Source: a virus
Reading direction: 5' to 3' (one strand)
Length of the DNA: 64,000 bases
IMG/VR virus record: IMGVR_UViG_3300045988_076436
The position numbers and the translations under genes were made by a program. Below, in pieces: positions 62,501 to 64,000 of this stretch (position 1 is its first letter; each line of letters begins with the position of its first letter). The notes below the pieces were generated by a model. The model was given only the letters and a program-made list of their open reading frames with translations. It made no database searches and was not told the origin of the DNA.

Positions 62501-64000
62501 CTTGCCGTGTAGTTGAGGGTCTGCACACTGCTGATGGTAACATCTACACCGCTCACGTTGATGTTCCTGCTGCCTGTGTTTCCTGCATCATCATAGGCGA
62601 TAAGTTGGAAACGCTTGGTGGTGGCGGTTACGAAGTAGCTGCTCACGTCCATTTCGAAGTCGTAGGTGTCTCCGCTTGCCGATGACGCTCTGTTGAACAT
62701 GAATGTCTCCAAGGTCTGCCCGGTGTCGCGATCTTTGAGCAGCACCTTTTCTATCATGTTGCTCAGTTCTTGGCTGCCTTGTGTGGTAACGCTTCGTACA
62801 GCAGCTTTCATCACCACGCTGCCGCCAGCCTTGGCATACAGCGGACTCTGCTCGAATTGTATGCTCACAATCGTACCTGTGCTTTCTCCGCCTCCTCCGC
62901 CTACGGCAAACTGCACCTCGTCGCCCACGGCTTCCTGCCCGGCATTCTGCAGTTGCAGCTTCACCACGCCCTGCGTCTCGGTGTCAATGTGCAGTGTGGT
63001 GGGTATGTTGGCGTATGCACCTCCTGTGGAGAATGCCTCCTTGCCGTCCTTTTCGGGGGTGTCCGAGGTCGGCACGGCATTGTTGCCGCCTCCTCCGAAC
63101 TCCACCCAAGGTTTCAAGTCTGCCGGGTTGATGTCGTCCACGGTGCGTGTGAACTGGTAGGCTTCCCACTTGGGCGAGCCGTTGCTGGTCACATCGGCTG
63201 TCTTATAGGTCAGCACGACACCGCTCTTCATATACGATAGTCCGCTTTCTTTCTCCTTGTCCTGCACAGCTTTGATGGCGGTCGAAAGGGTGTACTCGGT
63301 GTCCTCGCAGATGTCGTTCACGTTCACCGTGTTGCCTATGGCACTGCCGTTCGAGCCGAAGTCTGTCCAGTTGGCTTCGTTTTTCCAGTCGGTCTCGGTT
63401 TCCTTGCCGTAGTTCGTCCACTGCTTGTTTTGTATGCCTGTCTCCGAAAGAAACGACAGCACGATACCGGGTTTCATGTATCTTGCTTTGTTCTTCAAAT
63501 CGAAGATTTTTTCAAGCACCACGGAGAACGACACTTCACGGTCGCCCAACGACAACAGCACATTGGCGTTGATTGTGTTGCGGTTCAGCAACTCCGCGCT
63601 GTTCTCGTCTATCAGTTGTCGGCTGATGGTTGCCGTGCTCTCTGCCTCGCTCATGCGCTCCTGCAACTCCGCTCCCTCGTCACCGGGGAATGCCGTGCCG
63701 CTTTTATGACCGAGTGCCAAGTCCGAACCGATTACGACCAATTTCGTACCACCCCAACGGTAAGTCTTGTTGGTGGTTACGTCCATGAAGATTTTGCCGC
63801 TGTGGGGCTTGCGTCCCTGCATCGCCCCATCACCAAAGAGGTCTCCGTCCAACCAATTATTATAATAGGTAACGGTCGGACGCAGGTCAAAGTCTGACTC
63901 TGAGGGCTGCGAGTAGCACAATACAAACGTGTCGGAGTCTTTGTCGTACACTACGCTGCAATTCTCGTCCGTTGAAGATTTGCTGATTGACTGGTATTGC
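56518..64000 (-). CDS. giant fibre/receptor-binding-like protein, DGR target (>=2,477 aa; 5' end probably outside the window)
   Basis: Stop at 56518-56520. The ORF-track 'M' at 63951 is a GTG and the frame stays open to nt 64000. Leucine-rich-repeat stretch (LASLDISGCT...LQELILGG...LKEVLASGSQLSSIDL...). C-terminal C-type-lectin-like VR scaffold (GLKHYVGCDSEWMDY ... GGRLAFRG). Confidence 0.85.
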   Translation of the reverse strand, partial: QYQSISKSSTDENCSVVYDKDSDTFVLCYSQPSESDFDLRPTVTYYNNWLDGDLFGDGAMQGRKPHSGKIFMDVTTNKTYRWGGTKLVVIGSDLALGHKSGTAFPGDEGAELQERMSEAESTATISRQLIDENSAELLNRNTINANVLLSLGDREVSFSVVLEKIFDLKNKARYMKPGIVLSFLSETGIQNKQWTNYGKETETDWKNEANWTDFGSNGSAIGNTVNVNDICEDTEYTLSTAIKAVQDKEKESGLSYMKSGVVLTYKTADVTSNGSPKWEAYQFTRTVDDINPADLKPWVEFGGGGNNAVPTSDTPEKDGKEAFSTGGAYANIPTTLHIDTETQGVVKLQLQNAGQEAVGDEVQFAVGGGGGESTGTIVSIQFEQSPLYAKAGGSVVMKAAVRSVTTQGSQELSNMIEKVLLKDRDTGQTLETFMFNRASSASGDTYDFEMDVSSYFVTATTKRFQLIAYDDAGNTGSRNINVSGVDVTISSVQTLNYTASTALAAGGAAKSIPMYKFANNASDKGIKVVTEIYINGEWQTLGTSVVLDTYSHSITIDPKSCLGETLTHGAYPLRIHGEDVGSGVVGNYLHTAVMVVESGNNTPIVGMRWYTEQLQGKRKLYENIEVDYAVYAADTDEPQAVVWYDGAQETTTVAYRGQTNTFTKQVQESVHDGTKSVSVKVTCGDSASETATFIVDGSLVDVEEVTTMREFNITMDSRSNGETDKTIKDGGVEITVENCNWSSNGFVKDTYGTPTYGTENDKGRMALRIAEDMKAVCSFKPFANTSIEQNGMALSFTVKVKNVEDRTARIIDCLGDNQLGFYLTGEKLVFTCDGATAANPDDLGAQQTAVALYATDKETRFDIVIEPTSIAPYSGIGSIKIYVNGDEAAATYYNAGKFAHNDMQIKFDGTKADIYLYRAIGWATYYNYRQAFNNYLVGQKDTAAMLTEYEKNQVMASQTAEGTTKDRPTMQACMNAGLCCVTLLKNADTPDIEQSYPGYLDKLDGDKKTKAYFDWVIRFPDRPWQDCKVYNVPTTNQGTTSSLRPVKNKKGKFKGCKIEMLHTEEDFKNDPVALAKFQKAKKMAAKSQVQVIDGGLWVKTITIKVDYSDSTGANNGATMELMNKTQRAMGADYMTPAQNAYNGGDTMNTSIDSVTCALFRTDQQSVDATNETYAYFHAKANFNVDKGNPSFFGFEKVSGYNSDCLNYGDFVELVAEKNQDLNIFKVQTLAKSEELIASNIYMLSENCGEKHIFLENDGTGTMQETTATADPTEVDKSLAEVLADDVNNYDWGTVYLTNDYKYVKYSGGKWKDTTGKMQYDTSTKKWGVTGRVLNPVECFEYLKYDSFCWLQGVNSVDDLMRIDQSTGEPVWLGYYESRYPDDDDLNDLYAKGKKVPYNLYKWLLWTQQCSQDRTEADGNITLHGKSVAGTKENRLKKFCEELYLYANVRSTGCYIIGTDYVLAVDQRSKNMMISFYLDINGSIRAYFNHWYDGDCCWLADNDCGITVPWDLDSVTDTKHYYQGWNSVMFKQGYAADKFWLEDEGKTTITLHDIAGDMRSAEADGIKIFSADGCKKLWITDRIAKWAKITSSFDGERKYIENSKAGANYYYAVHGLRYEDLPVTFEKRFAYRDGYYQVGELYTNPFKMRAVGTDISIKITAVQDGFFGLGVDRADACVDSCYLKAGESYTLKSGMTATGAGTMLYVFGATRLASLDISGCTPKAEGWDISNCTMLQELILGGADYTPAEESGAITQLNMGNKSFLRRIDARNTKVTSIIASYCPRLKEVLASGSQLSSIDLAETAPIETLELPATMTTLYFKNLPKLTYPGGLTIAGMTNVKKMFLDECPHIDTMTLLRQITTAGQLKSVRIPGVNATASVEMLRGIMQSEAVGIDANGSTYDETGQCSGIIGRWILTELVEDSEVEALQKYFPKLTVINSQFSVVKIDDIVSGDFCERYSNPENKTGSDYDKTFVASGHTLKILQETHAYKCTYNSKLKQMEGVQLSDSDFNYLATGESFDVGDSAGEGFDIFHHLPHHWYKGVNDYKNQQKYIVYSTTENEPLSTVNNKREAMLSALLYAENTGVYADEAEVGTVIDENIITTAANVNAYRMDVEGMKQVRWPGLNHARLGAVFTDENGQIVGKFNMMVSHTYFDFSIGNYVFCDVPGGAKWMYFTSYRDIEDSLCLAVDSEHIEAIEPEWTEHTVGENDSLLGTYPITIDGLKRPRSISGAVRSRKGDGTSQTSAEWAYDTDGNPTETPTGTIHYTAKDFQNSAHMRGEGYQLQDYEQHKEISNLWWATHGTTNEQSVVGNGAHDATLNSLDNIGMADTSYVGNAMNSIMGLKHYVGCDSEWMDYIAGNVQSYETFYKNRCVETNDDPIDYKFHIYDPVKKTERVVQSVNSNGNCVVRVVHGAKCDILPSKVHQTDTSKYTTHYAAGLWFPGSRGRCVLRSGGVSNANSGLAFAVANFASSFSLTGFGGRLAFRGKFVIVG
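56545..56660 (-). repeat. DGR variable repeat (VR) at the 3' end of the target gene
   Basis: See TR. Encodes RCVLRSGGVSNANSGLAFAVANFASSFSLTGFGGRLAF, 8 codons before the stop. Confidence 0.95.

Overview
The whole 64-kb window reads as a segment of one large temperate phage genome of Bacteroidota type. Support: perfect TAnnTTTG -7 boxes in front of operons, almost no Shine-Dalgarno sequences, a lipobox lipoprotein and a ~500-aa tyrosine integrase. I see no host flank, rRNA, tRNA or CRISPR array. There are four blocks. (1) nt 1-29195 is a minus-strand head/packaging block with capsid, scaffold and portal candidates, and the large terminase on the + strand. It is dominated by one uninterrupted 19,347-nt ORF (8111-27457, 6,448 aa). 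That ORF carries ParB-like, inorganic-pyrophosphatase-like, N6-adenine methyltransferase, SF2 helicase and HExxH zincin modules plus a C-terminal membrane-associated module. It looks like a giant 'polyvalent' protein, DarB-like in logic but roughly three times larger, and is the most unusual object in the window. (2) nt 29.7-34.2 kb is the integrase/lysogeny region. Dense short-repeat clusters flank the integrase on both sides (candidate attP arms or an iteron origin). An XRE repressor is co-translated with a 2-TM protein in a low-GC island next to a divergent-promoter switch. (3) nt 34.2-49.6 kb is a plus-strand early operon: RecT plus a PD-(D/E)XK exonuclease, SNF2 helicase, HU, a DUF1064-like nuclease, a DnaC-like loader and YopX. 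It also holds a cytosine-5 DNA methyltransferase whose frame is broken by a G9 homopolymer (phase variation or read error), followed by an 895-aa protein. (4) nt 49.8-64 kb is a minus-strand block with three tandem paralogues, a lysis cassette and a complete diversity-generating retroelement (DGR). The 116-bp TR (55590-55705) and VR (56545-56660) differ only at TR adenines (19 sites), and the RT is at 54005-55495. The target is the C-terminus of a >=2,477-aa LRR-containing fibre-like protein that runs off the right edge. No Avd-like gene is visible. Instead a Gp49/HigB-like toxin plus XRE antitoxin pair with its own promoter sits between VR and TR. All functional calls come from motif reading and synteny only; no database search was possible.
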